DNA of 64,000 bases from Candidatus Latescibacterota bacterium (GTDB lineage: Bacteria; Latescibacterota; UBA2968; UBA8231), in the NCBI GenBank assembly GCA_965261395.1, contig OZ253462.1, positions 2,016,001-2,080,000 of the forward strand. Reading direction: 5' to 3'. The notes beneath the pieces are model-generated. The model was not told the origin of the DNA, did not search any database, and saw only the letters and a program-made list of their open reading frames with translations. Positions 40,565-48,937 of this stretch are shown piece by piece. The translations under genes and the position numbers were made by a program. Every line of letters begins with the position of its first letter. The first letter of the stretch is position 1.

Positions 40565-40816
40565 ATGAGAACAGATCAGGATGTTGCTCAGGTGGAACGT
40601 ATTGCAATGGCTTATAGACGCCTTGCTAACGCTATGATTCTCAGTACTTTACGCGAAATATCCAAGATGGATGAGGTCATGGAAACGCCCGATGGCACCC
40701 CGGAGATGGCCTTTGTCGAAAGCTCTAGGATCGATCCTTGGTGCGAACTGGCCGGCCTCGAACCCGAAGTCGTGCGCAAGGCCGCCAAACGGCTGATTGC
40801 GGAACGACCTTTTTAG
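40565..40816 (+). CDS. Small hypothetical protein (83 aa)
   Basis: RBS AGGAAG, an AT-rich upstream region and its own terminator; LANAMIL...WCELAGLEPEVVR. Confidence 0.7.
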   Translation: MRTDQDVAQVERIAMAYRRLANAMILSTLREISKMDEVMETPDGTPEMAFVESSRIDPWCELAGLEPEVVRKAAKRLIAERPF

Positions 40817-40837
40817 CACATCACAGCACAACCCAAC

Positions 40838-40878
40838 AAAAAAGAAAGCTCCGGGACGAACACTCCCGGAGCTTTCTT
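40838..40878. terminator. Bidirectional intrinsic terminator
   Basis: AAGAAAGCTCCGGGA-N7-TCCCGGAGCTTTCTT between convergent genes. Confidence 0.88.
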
Positions 40879-40882
40879 GCGT

Positions 40883-42889
40883 TTAGTGGCTAGCGCGGCG
40901 TGAGGCGCGCGCGGCGTGGTCGAGGAGGCCGTGTACTACCTTTTCGGCATCGCGGTGGCGCAGGTCCTCAAAGCGCAAGGCCCAGACGTGGTCCCGGTAC
41001 GCCATGTTGCGCACTTCGATGAGGACCTTGACATCAGCCGGGTTGTTGCGCAAAACCCCTAGCCCCTGCCCGCGGATGCTGGCACCGGCCCCTAATGCCG
41101 GGAGCAGGGAGCGAGCGAACAGGCGCGAGACGCGATCTACGCGCCCGCTCTTGCTGCTTTTGTAGTATAGAACCAGCGGTGCTTCTGGGGCCTTGGGGGC
41201 ACTATCGGCGTGGAAGGAGAGAAAGATGCGCCGGCCCCGTGGCGCATTGGCAAAGGCCTGCCGGGCAATGCGCACGCGAGTCTCAAGATTGCCGCCGTGC
41301 GGCCAGGCGCTAAGCTTGTTGGTCTGGTTGTAAGCGGACGAGTTGTACACTTCGTTCTTTTCGTTAACAAAGGTCTGGGTCGGCGGGTCGTTTTGGCGGA
41401 TTAGGTGGTTGGGGCTGAGTAGGGTCATGGTGGCATGGCCCCCGTGCAAGCGCACCAAAACATAGACCCGCAGCGCGATGTCGAAGACGTACTCGTCTTC
41501 GACGACATAAAGCCTTTTGCCGTTGCCGTCGCGGGTGGAGACCAGCGCGCCCGGGTCCAGCCCGCCGTGCCCCGGGTCGAGGACGATGTGCCAGCCTTCC
41601 AACCGAGAGCTCAAGCGCCCCATGCGCCCGACCTTGCTCTCGAATTCCCGCCACAGGCGCACTGCTTGGCGATAGGTCTGGCGCGGCGAGCTCGGATGGC
41701 CCTCGTAATACTTCTTGTTCGGCTGGCGCTTATTGCGGGGCCGGGAGAAGTAGTACGGGCCGTTGCCGAATGCGATTTTGGGCGTGTCAGCGCGGTGGAT
41801 CTGCAGATCGTCCCAATCAATATCAGACAATTCCACCCAGCGCATCGGGCGCACCTTGAGCCGGTCGCCCGGGTGGATGACGGCGTTTGTCTTCAATTTG
41901 TTGATGCGGGTGATTTCAGCCACGCTCATCTGGTGCAGTCGAGCGATCCGCGCGAGGTAATCGCCTCGCTGCACCACGTATGTGGCCAGCCGCGGACCGC
42001 TCGCCGGCGCGGCACTCGGTGCGAGCTTCTGGTCGGGGTAGAGCTTGAGCTCCTGGCCTGGGTAGATGCGGTTTGACTGGAGGCCGTTGAGCTTCTTGAG
42101 GCGATAGAGGCTGACTCCGTACGCGCGGGCAATTTCCCACAGCGCGTCTCCGCGCTCCACGATGTGTACCGTGCTCGCCGCGTCTTTGAGGCGGAGCTTC
42201 TGCCCGATGAGAATCCGGTCGCCGACCAGGGCGTTGAGGCGCTGCAACTTTCTGACCGAGACTCGGTAGCGTCGAGCAATTTCGGTCAGGGTTTCGCCAT
42301 CTTGCACCACGTGGACGGCTTCCTCTAACCGCGAAGCGCGCAGGCGGAGCTTTTGCCCGGGCCGAATAAGGTCACTTTTGAGCCGGTTGAGCTGGCGCAG
42401 AAAGCCCAAGCTCACGTCAAATCGCAGGGCAATTTTCGACAGCGTGTCGCCCCGGCGAACCGTGTATTCGCGCGGCTCTTCGTCGCGGTCGTCGGCCGAG
42501 GCACTCCGAGGGGGTGCGGTCGATTGCAAGTGGAGCTTTTGGCCAACGTGGATGACGTTCCCATCGAGATGGTTGATCGCCTTGAGCTTATAAACCGGGA
42601 CGGCGAACTGCCGAGCGATTTTCGACAGCGTATCGCCGCGCCGGACGCGATACCAATCGCCGCTTTTTACTGGAGACCCAACTTTGAGGCTCTGGCCAGC
42701 GTGTATCCTACTGCTGCGGAGCTTGTTCCAGCGCTTGATTTGCTCCTGCGAGACTCGGTAGCGAGCGGCAATCTCAGACAGAGTATCCCCTCGTTTGACC
42801 ACGTGGACGAAGGGACTCCTGCGCTCGGCGGCGTCAATTGCAAAAGCACACAAAAACAGCGCCACCAGGATATAGACCGGGCGCGACAT
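40883..42889 (-). CDS. Six-LysM N-acetylmuramoyl-L-alanine amidase (Amidase_3)
   Basis: Signal peptide, six (H/Y).V..G(D/E).L..IA repeats, VLDPGHGG.DPG, SFHAD and VLIEV. Confidence 0.9.
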   Translation of the reverse strand: MSRPVYILVALFLCAFAIDAAERRSPFVHVVKRGDTLSEIAARYRVSQEQIKRWNKLRSSRIHAGQSLKVGSPVKSGDWYRVRRGDTLSKIARQFAVPVYKLKAINHLDGNVIHVGQKLHLQSTAPPRSASADDRDEEPREYTVRRGDTLSKIALRFDVSLGFLRQLNRLKSDLIRPGQKLRLRASRLEEAVHVVQDGETLTEIARRYRVSVRKLQRLNALVGDRILIGQKLRLKDAASTVHIVERGDALWEIARAYGVSLYRLKKLNGLQSNRIYPGQELKLYPDQKLAPSAAPASGPRLATYVVQRGDYLARIARLHQMSVAEITRINKLKTNAVIHPGDRLKVRPMRWVELSDIDWDDLQIHRADTPKIAFGNGPYYFSRPRNKRQPNKKYYEGHPSSPRQTYRQAVRLWREFESKVGRMGRLSSRLEGWHIVLDPGHGGLDPGALVSTRDGNGKRLYVVEDEYVFDIALRVYVLVRLHGGHATMTLLSPNHLIRQNDPPTQTFVNEKNEVYNSSAYNQTNKLSAWPHGGNLETRVRIARQAFANAPRGRRIFLSFHADSAPKAPEAPLVLYYKSSKSGRVDRVSRLFARSLLPALGAGASIRGQGLGVLRNNPADVKVLIEVRNMAYRDHVWALRFEDLRHRDAEKVVHGLLDHAARASRRASH

Positions 42890-43004
42890 AGACTAAATAT
42901 TGGAATTGGACAACAGGGGAAGGGGTCTTGCAAGTATAAGGTTCTTAAGACTATAGCGCAAAGGCTACTTGCTGGCGACAGAGGGGAAACCTATACTTCG
43001 CCCC

Positions 43005-44387
43005 ATGAATGAAGCTAGGCTGCCCTCGGTAGATCAGATGCTCAAGCAGGTCGCCGATCTCTTGCAAGAATACGACCGCGCCTATGTCGTCGAGCAGGTG
43101 CGCCGCTGCATTGCGGACGAGCGTCGCCAAGTGCGGGCGGGCACTGTGGGCGAGGAGCGAGCGCCCCTGGATGCGCGGGTCGAGCGGGCCGTGCGCCGCT
43201 GCATCGAACGGGAGGCTGCGCCCCGGCTGCGCCGCGTCGTCAATGCCACCGGCGTGGTGCTGCACACCGGCTTGGGCCGTGCGCCACTACCCCGAGTGGC
43301 TCAAGAGGCCGTCGTGCGGGTGGCCACCGGCTATTGCAACCTCGAATTCGAGCTAGAGTCGGGCAAACGCGGCGAGCGCAGCGCTCACGTCGAGGCTCTT
43401 ATATGCTCGGCGACCGCCGCGGAAGCTGCCGCCGTGGTCAACAACAACGCCGCCGCCGTGCTCCTACTGCTCGACACCTTGGCGCGGGGGCGGGAAGTGG
43501 TGGTCTCGCGGGGACAACAGGTCGAAATCGGCGGCTCATTCCGCCTGCCCGACATCATCGCGGCCAGTGGGGCCAAGCTGCGCGAGGTGGGCACGACCAA
43601 CCGCACGCACTTGCACGACTATAAGCGCGCCATCGGCCCGGAAACCGGTGCCATTTTAGTGGTGCATCCGAGCAATTACAGGGTACAGGGTTTTACCGCT
43701 GAGGTGGACCTAAAGGATTTGGGCACCCTGAGCCAGCGCGCAGAAGTGCCGCTGGTCCACGATTTGGGGAGCGGAGCCTTAGTTGATCTGGAGCAGTGGG
43801 GGCTGCCGCCCGAGCCGGTAGTCGCCGCTAGCCTCAAGGCCGGGGCGACCGTGGTCAGCTTCAGTGGCGACAAGGTGCTAGGCGGGCCGCAAGCCGGCAT
43901 CATCGCCGGCCAACGGCTCTATGTGGAGCAAGTGCGCCAAAATCCGCTGATGCGCGCCCTGCGCTGCGACAAGCTGATCTACGCTGCGCTCGAAGCAGTG
44001 TTGTCGCTCTATCGCCTGCCGCCGGACAAGCTAACGCAGGCCCTGCCGGCACTGGCGATGCTGCGGGAGAAGGTTGAGACGCTAGAGGAGCGTGCTCAGA
44101 GACTGTTGTCCCTTTTGCCCGAGGCGGTCTGCCGCGCCCTCTGCCTCGAAGTGGTCGAATCGCTGGCCCAAGCCGGCAGCGGGTCCCTGCCCCTAGCCGA
44201 GATCCCCAGCCGGGCCGTGGCCCTCCAGCCAAGCGCGCTCCGGGTCGAGCAGCTAGGGCACCAGCTGAGGCAGCAGGGCATAGTCGGTCGCATCGCCCGC
44301 GAGCGGCTCCTGCTCGACATGCGCACCGTGCACGATGACGAGGTAGAGTGGACCGCCCGAGCATTGGCCCACGTCGCAGCACAGTAA
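43005..44387 (+). CDS. selA: L-seryl-tRNA(Sec) selenium transferase
   Basis: VVNATGVVLHTGLGRAP, VNNNAAA, VEIGGSFR, EVGTTNRT and FSGDKVLGGPQAG. Confidence 0.96.
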   Translation: MNEARLPSVDQMLKQVADLLQEYDRAYVVEQVRRCIADERRQVRAGTVGEERAPLDARVERAVRRCIEREAAPRLRRVVNATGVVLHTGLGRAPLPRVAQEAVVRVATGYCNLEFELESGKRGERSAHVEALICSATAAEAAAVVNNNAAAVLLLLDTLARGREVVVSRGQQVEIGGSFRLPDIIAASGAKLREVGTTNRTHLHDYKRAIGPETGAILVVHPSNYRVQGFTAEVDLKDLGTLSQRAEVPLVHDLGSGALVDLEQWGLPPEPVVAASLKAGATVVSFSGDKVLGGPQAGIIAGQRLYVEQVRQNPLMRALRCDKLIYAALEAVLSLYRLPPDKLTQALPALAMLREKVETLEERAQRLLSLLPEAVCRALCLEVVESLAQAGSGSLPLAEIPSRAVALQPSALRVEQLGHQLRQQGIVGRIARERLLLDMRTVHDDEVEWTARALAHVAAQ

Positions 44388-44797
44388 GGGCCGCGCTATG
44401 GCTAGCCGCTTGGCTGCTCAGTGGCTGCGGTGGCCAAGCACCCACCGCACCGCCTACCCTTGCCCCCCCCGAACCCACCGGCCGGGCCGGGACCGTTTCG
44501 GTCGTCAACCACACCACCTACGATCTCGAAGTAACGTACCTCAACGAGACCGATGCGGACGCGCCGAGGATTGTGCGCACGCGCGTGCCGGCCGGCCAGC
44601 ACGTGGAGGTTTCGGGCGGGGTGTTGCCAGCCGGGCTAGCAGTGGAATTCGACGTGGTCCTCGTGCCGCACGCGGCCGACGGGATTCGGGTGCGCCGCAA
44701 GATCCAGGTCGCGATTGACGGCGATTGGGTCTTAAATGTGCGTTTGGTGGACGAATCCGACCCCTTTAGCCTAGAGGTCGCCAGCGCGTCCCCATAG
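44348..44797 (+). CDS. Hypothetical lipoprotein (start uncertain)
   Basis: RAALWLAAWLLSGC lipobox, a Pro-rich linker and a beta-rich domain. Confidence 0.6.
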   Translation: MDRPSIGPRRSTVRAALWLAAWLLSGCGGQAPTAPPTLAPPEPTGRAGTVSVVNHTTYDLEVTYLNETDADAPRIVRTRVPAGQHVEVSGGVLPAGLAVEFDVVLVPHAADGIRVRRKIQVAIDGDWVLNVRLVDESDPFSLEVASASP

Positions 44798-44825
44798 GCT
44801 TTCAAGGAGGGGCCAATATTTTCGC

Positions 44826-44883
44826 TTGCTTTATCGCGGGGTGGGTTTTACGTTTGGTATCCCCACGACAAACCCACGACAAA
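44826..44883 (+). promoter_or_regulatory. Putative sigma70 promoter followed by an 11-bp tandem repeat
   Basis: TTGCTT-N17-TACGTT, then CCCACGACAAA x2 (44862-44883). Confidence 0.4.
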
Positions 44884-44976
44884 TTTTAGCACCTTCCCCT
44901 TACTTTTTCGTCGCTCGTATAGAGCAGAACAGTTTCCATTTCTGCTAATATTAGCTAGCTGTGCCAGCCGCTCGCT

Positions 44977-46005
44977 TTGGCCCAGCTAGGGGACCAAAAA
45001 CCTATGGTGTTGGACATCCGCGACTTGCGCCAAGAAGCTGCGCCGGTCGCCGAAACATCGCTGGACCAATTGCTCCAAGGCGAACAGGCCCAACCGCACA
45101 GGTCAGTGCTCAGCGCGGACGATTTAGACCAGTTCTTGGCCATTGCCGAGGACTCGACCGACAGCCGACGGCTAGCGGCCATCGACACCTTGAGCCATCA
45201 CCGCTCTTGGCTGTCTTCGCTCCGCATGTTGCGCCGGATCGTGCAGTTGGCGCACCAAGAGCACGATCCCCGCCCAGCCGCGGCCTTGGTGCAAGCATTG
45301 CGCCAGTGTGACGAGGTCGCCCAATTCCTAACGAGCAAAGAGCGTGCGGTCGCCCGCGAGGCTGCACAGGGCGTGCCGATCAGCCGCCAGACCCTCGCGC
45401 CGATCACCACAGCGCTAGCCGCGGGTCCCCCGGCCGACATCGCAGCCATACTCCTCGACAAAATTCGCCGTACCCATCCCTCTATGGTGCCCTATGCGGT
45501 CGATTGCCTCCTCAAGTGCGACCCCAACGAGGGCCTCTTGCGCGCGTTCTTGGCACACTTGCCGCAGGTACCGCTCTTCGCGCTCTTCGTCGAGGCCGGG
45601 CTGCCACAAACCATGACTTCGGCCGCACAAGCCCGCATCTGGCAGCAGGCGGTGCGGATGGCCACCGAGGTCCTCCAAGAGGCCCCATCGGCTAAGCTAC
45701 TGCGCCACCTGCTCAGCAAGAGCAGCGAAGATGCCGCCTTTGCTCGCAGTCATGCCCGCTTCCTACACGGAATCACCCAGCGCGCCGACTTGTCGCTGGA
45801 CGCCGATTTAATCGGCCACTTCGAGCGGCTCACTTCCGGTGCCTCCGAGGACAAAGTCGCCCGTCTAGCCCAGCTATTAGTCGGGTTGAGTGGACGGCTC
45901 GACGGCCAAGCAGGGCAGCAGGCGGCAGCTCTCCTAGAAAATTGGAAATCCCGCTCGGCCTCGCTCAAACTCAAGATCTACCACCTAGAACAAGGCATCC
46001 GCTGA
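44977..46005 (+). CDS. Hypothetical alpha-helical (HEAT-like) protein
   Basis: 342-aa Leu/Ala-rich ORF with an alternative ATG at 45005 and a downstream terminator. Confidence 0.7.
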   Translation: MAQLGDQKPMVLDIRDLRQEAAPVAETSLDQLLQGEQAQPHRSVLSADDLDQFLAIAEDSTDSRRLAAIDTLSHHRSWLSSLRMLRRIVQLAHQEHDPRPAAALVQALRQCDEVAQFLTSKERAVAREAAQGVPISRQTLAPITTALAAGPPADIAAILLDKIRRTHPSMVPYAVDCLLKCDPNEGLLRAFLAHLPQVPLFALFVEAGLPQTMTSAAQARIWQQAVRMATEVLQEAPSAKLLRHLLSKSSEDAAFARSHARFLHGITQRADLSLDADLIGHFERLTSGASEDKVARLAQLLVGLSGRLDGQAGQQAAALLENWKSRSASLKLKIYHLEQGIR

Positions 46006-46031
46006 GCATTTGTTTCAATCCGAGTCTCCCC

Positions 46032-46066
46032 AAGGGCCGTTCGTCGACGGGCGAACGGCCTTTTTA
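46032..46066 (+). terminator. Intrinsic terminator
   Basis: GGCCGTTCG...CGAACGGCC-TTTTT. Confidence 0.75.
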
Positions 46067-47137
46067 TTTGTGCGCGCGCCACAGTAGCACTAAGGCCAAG
46101 GCGGCAAACAGCAGGTTGGCTATCCACGCGCCCAACCAAGGCGCCAGCACCTGATTCCAACCGAGGGCTTGACCGGCCTTGACGCAACTGTAATAAGCAA
46201 AGCATAACAGAACCCCCAAGCCGAACCTATTGGCCAAGCCAGCGCGGCGAGCATTGGCACCGAGGGTCGCGCCTAGGGCGATGATGATGAAGCTGGTCAG
46301 GGGAAAGGATATTTTCAGGTGCAAATCGACTCGCTGACGCGTGGCATCCTCTCCGTTGAGCGTGGCGCGGGCGATGTAGTCGGCCAGCTCGGCATAGTTC
46401 ATTTCCTCGGGCTCCTTCTGCTGGCGGGCAAAGTCGCTGGGTAGCAACGACAAGCTCGGCAGGGATAGGGTATCGAAGGAAGAAGTCGCTACGGCTTCGC
46501 CCGCGGCAAAGCGAAAGCGGCGGCCTTCGAGGAGTACCCAAGTGCCTTCCCGCCATTCCATGCGCCGGGCCACTGCGCGCTCCAGCGGGACGTAGCCGTG
46601 TAGCCGCTCCCAAGACACTTCGTCGGCTCGTTGCCGCCCCGCGTCGTAGCTGCGGGCGTACACGAACTGGTTGTCCGCGTCTTGCAGCAGGACTTGGCGG
46701 CGGGAGCCATCGCTGCGGTGATAGGACTTAATCTCGTCGCTGATTTGGTTGTACTGATAGGTGGCGGCCGGGACCACCCAGTCAGTAAAGAAAAAAGCCG
46801 CGACCGCAACGGCGAGGGCACACGCCAAGACCGGGGCCAGCAGGCGATACAGGCCAATGCCGGTGGCCTTCATGGCGGTGATTTCGTTTTGGCGCGCTAA
46901 GCTGGTCAGGGCAAAAAGCGCGCCGAGCAGCGCGGCGATGGGCAGGGTCAGGATGAGCCAGTACGGCACCCGATAGACATAGTAGAGCAAGATCTGCTTG
47001 GGGCGAGCCTCAAAGTCGATAAAGGTGTCGATGTTTTCGGTGAGGTCAATGATCACCGCAATGAGTAACAGGCTGACCACGGCAATCCCCAAACACAACA
47101 GAAAGCGGCGCGTCAGATAGAGGTCGAGGGTGCGCAT
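46064..47137 (-). CDS. lptG: LPS export ABC permease LptG-like
   Basis: LDLYL..., LARQNEITAMKATGI, PEEMNYAEL, ISFP and GAWIAN. Confidence 0.85.
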   Translation of the reverse strand: MRTLDLYLTRRFLLCLGIAVVSLLLIAVIIDLTENIDTFIDFEARPKQILLYYVYRVPYWLILTLPIAALLGALFALTSLARQNEITAMKATGIGLYRLLAPVLACALAVAVAAFFFTDWVVPAATYQYNQISDEIKSYHRSDGSRRQVLLQDADNQFVYARSYDAGRQRADEVSWERLHGYVPLERAVARRMEWREGTWVLLEGRRFRFAAGEAVATSSFDTLSLPSLSLLPSDFARQQKEPEEMNYAELADYIARATLNGEDATRQRVDLHLKISFPLTSFIIIALGATLGANARRAGLANRFGLGVLLCFAYYSCVKAGQALGWNQVLAPWLGAWIANLLFAALALVLLWRAHK

Positions 47138-47138
47138 C

Positions 47139-48437
47139 TCAGGTCTTTTTCGTCCCTCGGCGTCCAGCGCGGTCATACGCGACCACCCGCAACAGCCCCC
47201 ATCCGACGAGGGCGAAGACCAAATTGGGTGCCCACATCGCCAAAGGCGGTGGGATATAGCCGCGGTCGGCCAGCTCTTCGCCGCCGATGAGGAACATCCA
47301 GTAGATCCAAAAGAAGAACAGACTGATGCCGACGGAGACGGCTGCGCCGCGCCGGCGAATCAGCGCGCCCAATGGAGCGCCCACCAACGCGAAGACCAAG
47401 CAGGCGGCCGGGATGGATAGCTTCTTGTGAATCTCGACCAAATACTCGTTGATCCGCCCCTCGCGGCGGTCTATGTGCTTCCACTGTCGGCGCAGGGCCT
47501 CGGCCGCCTGCTGTCCTTCTCGCTCTAGCTCGCCGGCCGTGGAGTCGGCGAGCTGATCTTGGTGGAGTGCGATGTAGCGCGCGGCAATCGAGTCGAGGCG
47601 ACCGTAGGCGCGCTCCTGCTCGCGGCGGCGCTCTAGCACCAAGCGGTGCATGGCCGCGATGTTTAGCTCGCGGTCGCTGCGGTAGGACGATGGACGGTGC
47701 TCGTAGCGGCGGCGCTCGTCTTTGATGTGCAGCACTTGACGGGCAAAAGTGCCGTAGAAAAAGCGCTCCTCTAGGCCGGATTCGACGCGCTGGACATGGC
47801 CTTCCTCCAACTCCAAGCGGATGTAAGCCCCATCTCCCAACAGCGCGAGGCGGCCCCTAGGGGCGTGTAAAATCACCGGCGGCCCGGGACGCGAGGCATC
47901 GTAGAGCGCAATGCCGGCCAGTTCGTTAGTCGCCGGGTCAATCTGACGGATCAGCAGGTGATAATCGCCCAAGTTGGGTATGAAGACCCCTTCCTTTTCC
48001 CGCAGCACCAAGGCGGCCTTGGTCCTTTGCAAGCTCGACGATAGGACGCGGGCTTGGTGGTTCCAGTCCGGGAGGATCTGGTCGTTAAAAAGGACCATCA
48101 GCAAAGTGAGCAGCAAAGCGAATACAAGCACTGGCCGCAGGAGCAGCCAAAAGCTCACCCCGCAGGCTTTAGCCGCGATAATTTCCCCGTCGGCGGCGAG
48201 GCGGGCAAAGGCCATGAGTACGGCGATGAGCACGGCCATGGGCACGGCCAACGCTACGATCCAAGCCAAGTTGAAGAGCAAAAGCTGGAGGGCGGCCAGC
48301 AGGGTCAACCCCTTGCTCAGCACTTGGTCCATCGTCTGCAATACGACGTCGATCAGCAGGATGAAGAGAATCAGCGCAAAGCCGAGCGCAAAGGGCCAGA
48401 CGTGCTCTTTGAGCACGTAGCGGGACAGGGTCGTCAT
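47139..48437 (-). CDS. lptF: LPS export ABC permease LptF-like
   Basis: LSRYVLKE, RLAADGEIIA.KACGVS, EIHKKLSIP.AC and AMWAPN. Confidence 0.87.
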   Translation of the reverse strand: MTTLSRYVLKEHVWPFALGFALILFILLIDVVLQTMDQVLSKGLTLLAALQLLLFNLAWIVALAVPMAVLIAVLMAFARLAADGEIIAAKACGVSFWLLLRPVLVFALLLTLLMVLFNDQILPDWNHQARVLSSSLQRTKAALVLREKEGVFIPNLGDYHLLIRQIDPATNELAGIALYDASRPGPPVILHAPRGRLALLGDGAYIRLELEEGHVQRVESGLEERFFYGTFARQVLHIKDERRRYEHRPSSYRSDRELNIAAMHRLVLERRREQERAYGRLDSIAARYIALHQDQLADSTAGELEREGQQAAEALRRQWKHIDRREGRINEYLVEIHKKLSIPAACLVFALVGAPLGALIRRRGAAVSVGISLFFFWIYWMFLIGGEELADRGYIPPPLAMWAPNLVFALVGWGLLRVVAYDRAGRRGTKKT

Positions 48438-48583
48438 GGGTCGCAAGGGATACGGGGCTGTGGCGCACGGCACTCAGAGTACTTCGTCGCAAGTGGCGAG
48501 TACCCGGACGGCCGCGGGCCTAGTTTCCTCAAATATAACGACTTAGGCCGCCATTCAAAAAAGCACTCCCCGCGCCGTGCAAC

Positions 48584-48637
48584 GGGAATGGTTTTTGCAA
48601 GGGCTTCCTTGAAATAATCACAGCGACGTGCTATGTT
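48584..48637 (+). promoter_or_regulatory. Candidate sigma54 and sigma70 promoters upstream of sprA
   Basis: gGG-AATGGTTTTT-GCA (-24/-12, 48584-48599) and TTGAAA-N17-TATGTT with a TG extension (48609-48637). Confidence 0.5.
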
Positions 48638-48641
48638 TTCA

Positions 48642-48908
48642 GATGTTGCCCGTCTCGTCTGGGCAGCGTCCTCCTGTTTATAGGTTTGGAGACAGCCTAT
48701 CGCGTTTAGTTAATACAGAAGCCGTTCGGCGCATCGCTCTTGTCATGGCCGAGCCACAGAAGGCTTCTGAGTCGTTTTCCGCTAAACCTCAATTGGAAAG
48801 ACCACCCTCTTAATTGAGACTGCCGAGCAGCACACCGAGAGCATTCGGTTATGGCTCGATGTTTGACGGCCCATCTCCCGCCCCTTAGGGCTTGGGAGCA
48901 TGTCAAAC
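48642..48908 (+). ncRNA. Candidate structured RNA leader (six consecutive stem-loop domains)
   Basis: Stems 48642-51/48661-70; 48680-86/48694-700; 48704-09/48782-87 enclosing 48716-30/48748-69; 48788-94/48812-18; 48824-39/48844-58; 48861-79/48894-908. Confidence 0.4.
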
Positions 48909-48937
48909 GATAAACGTCGATAGGTGCGAATTTAGAA

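Noticed and set aside
43005-44387. Selenoprotein (UGA read-through) genes near selA
   Set aside because: I found no ORF with an in-frame TGA followed by continued homology or a SECIS-like hairpin, and selB/selC are not in the window.
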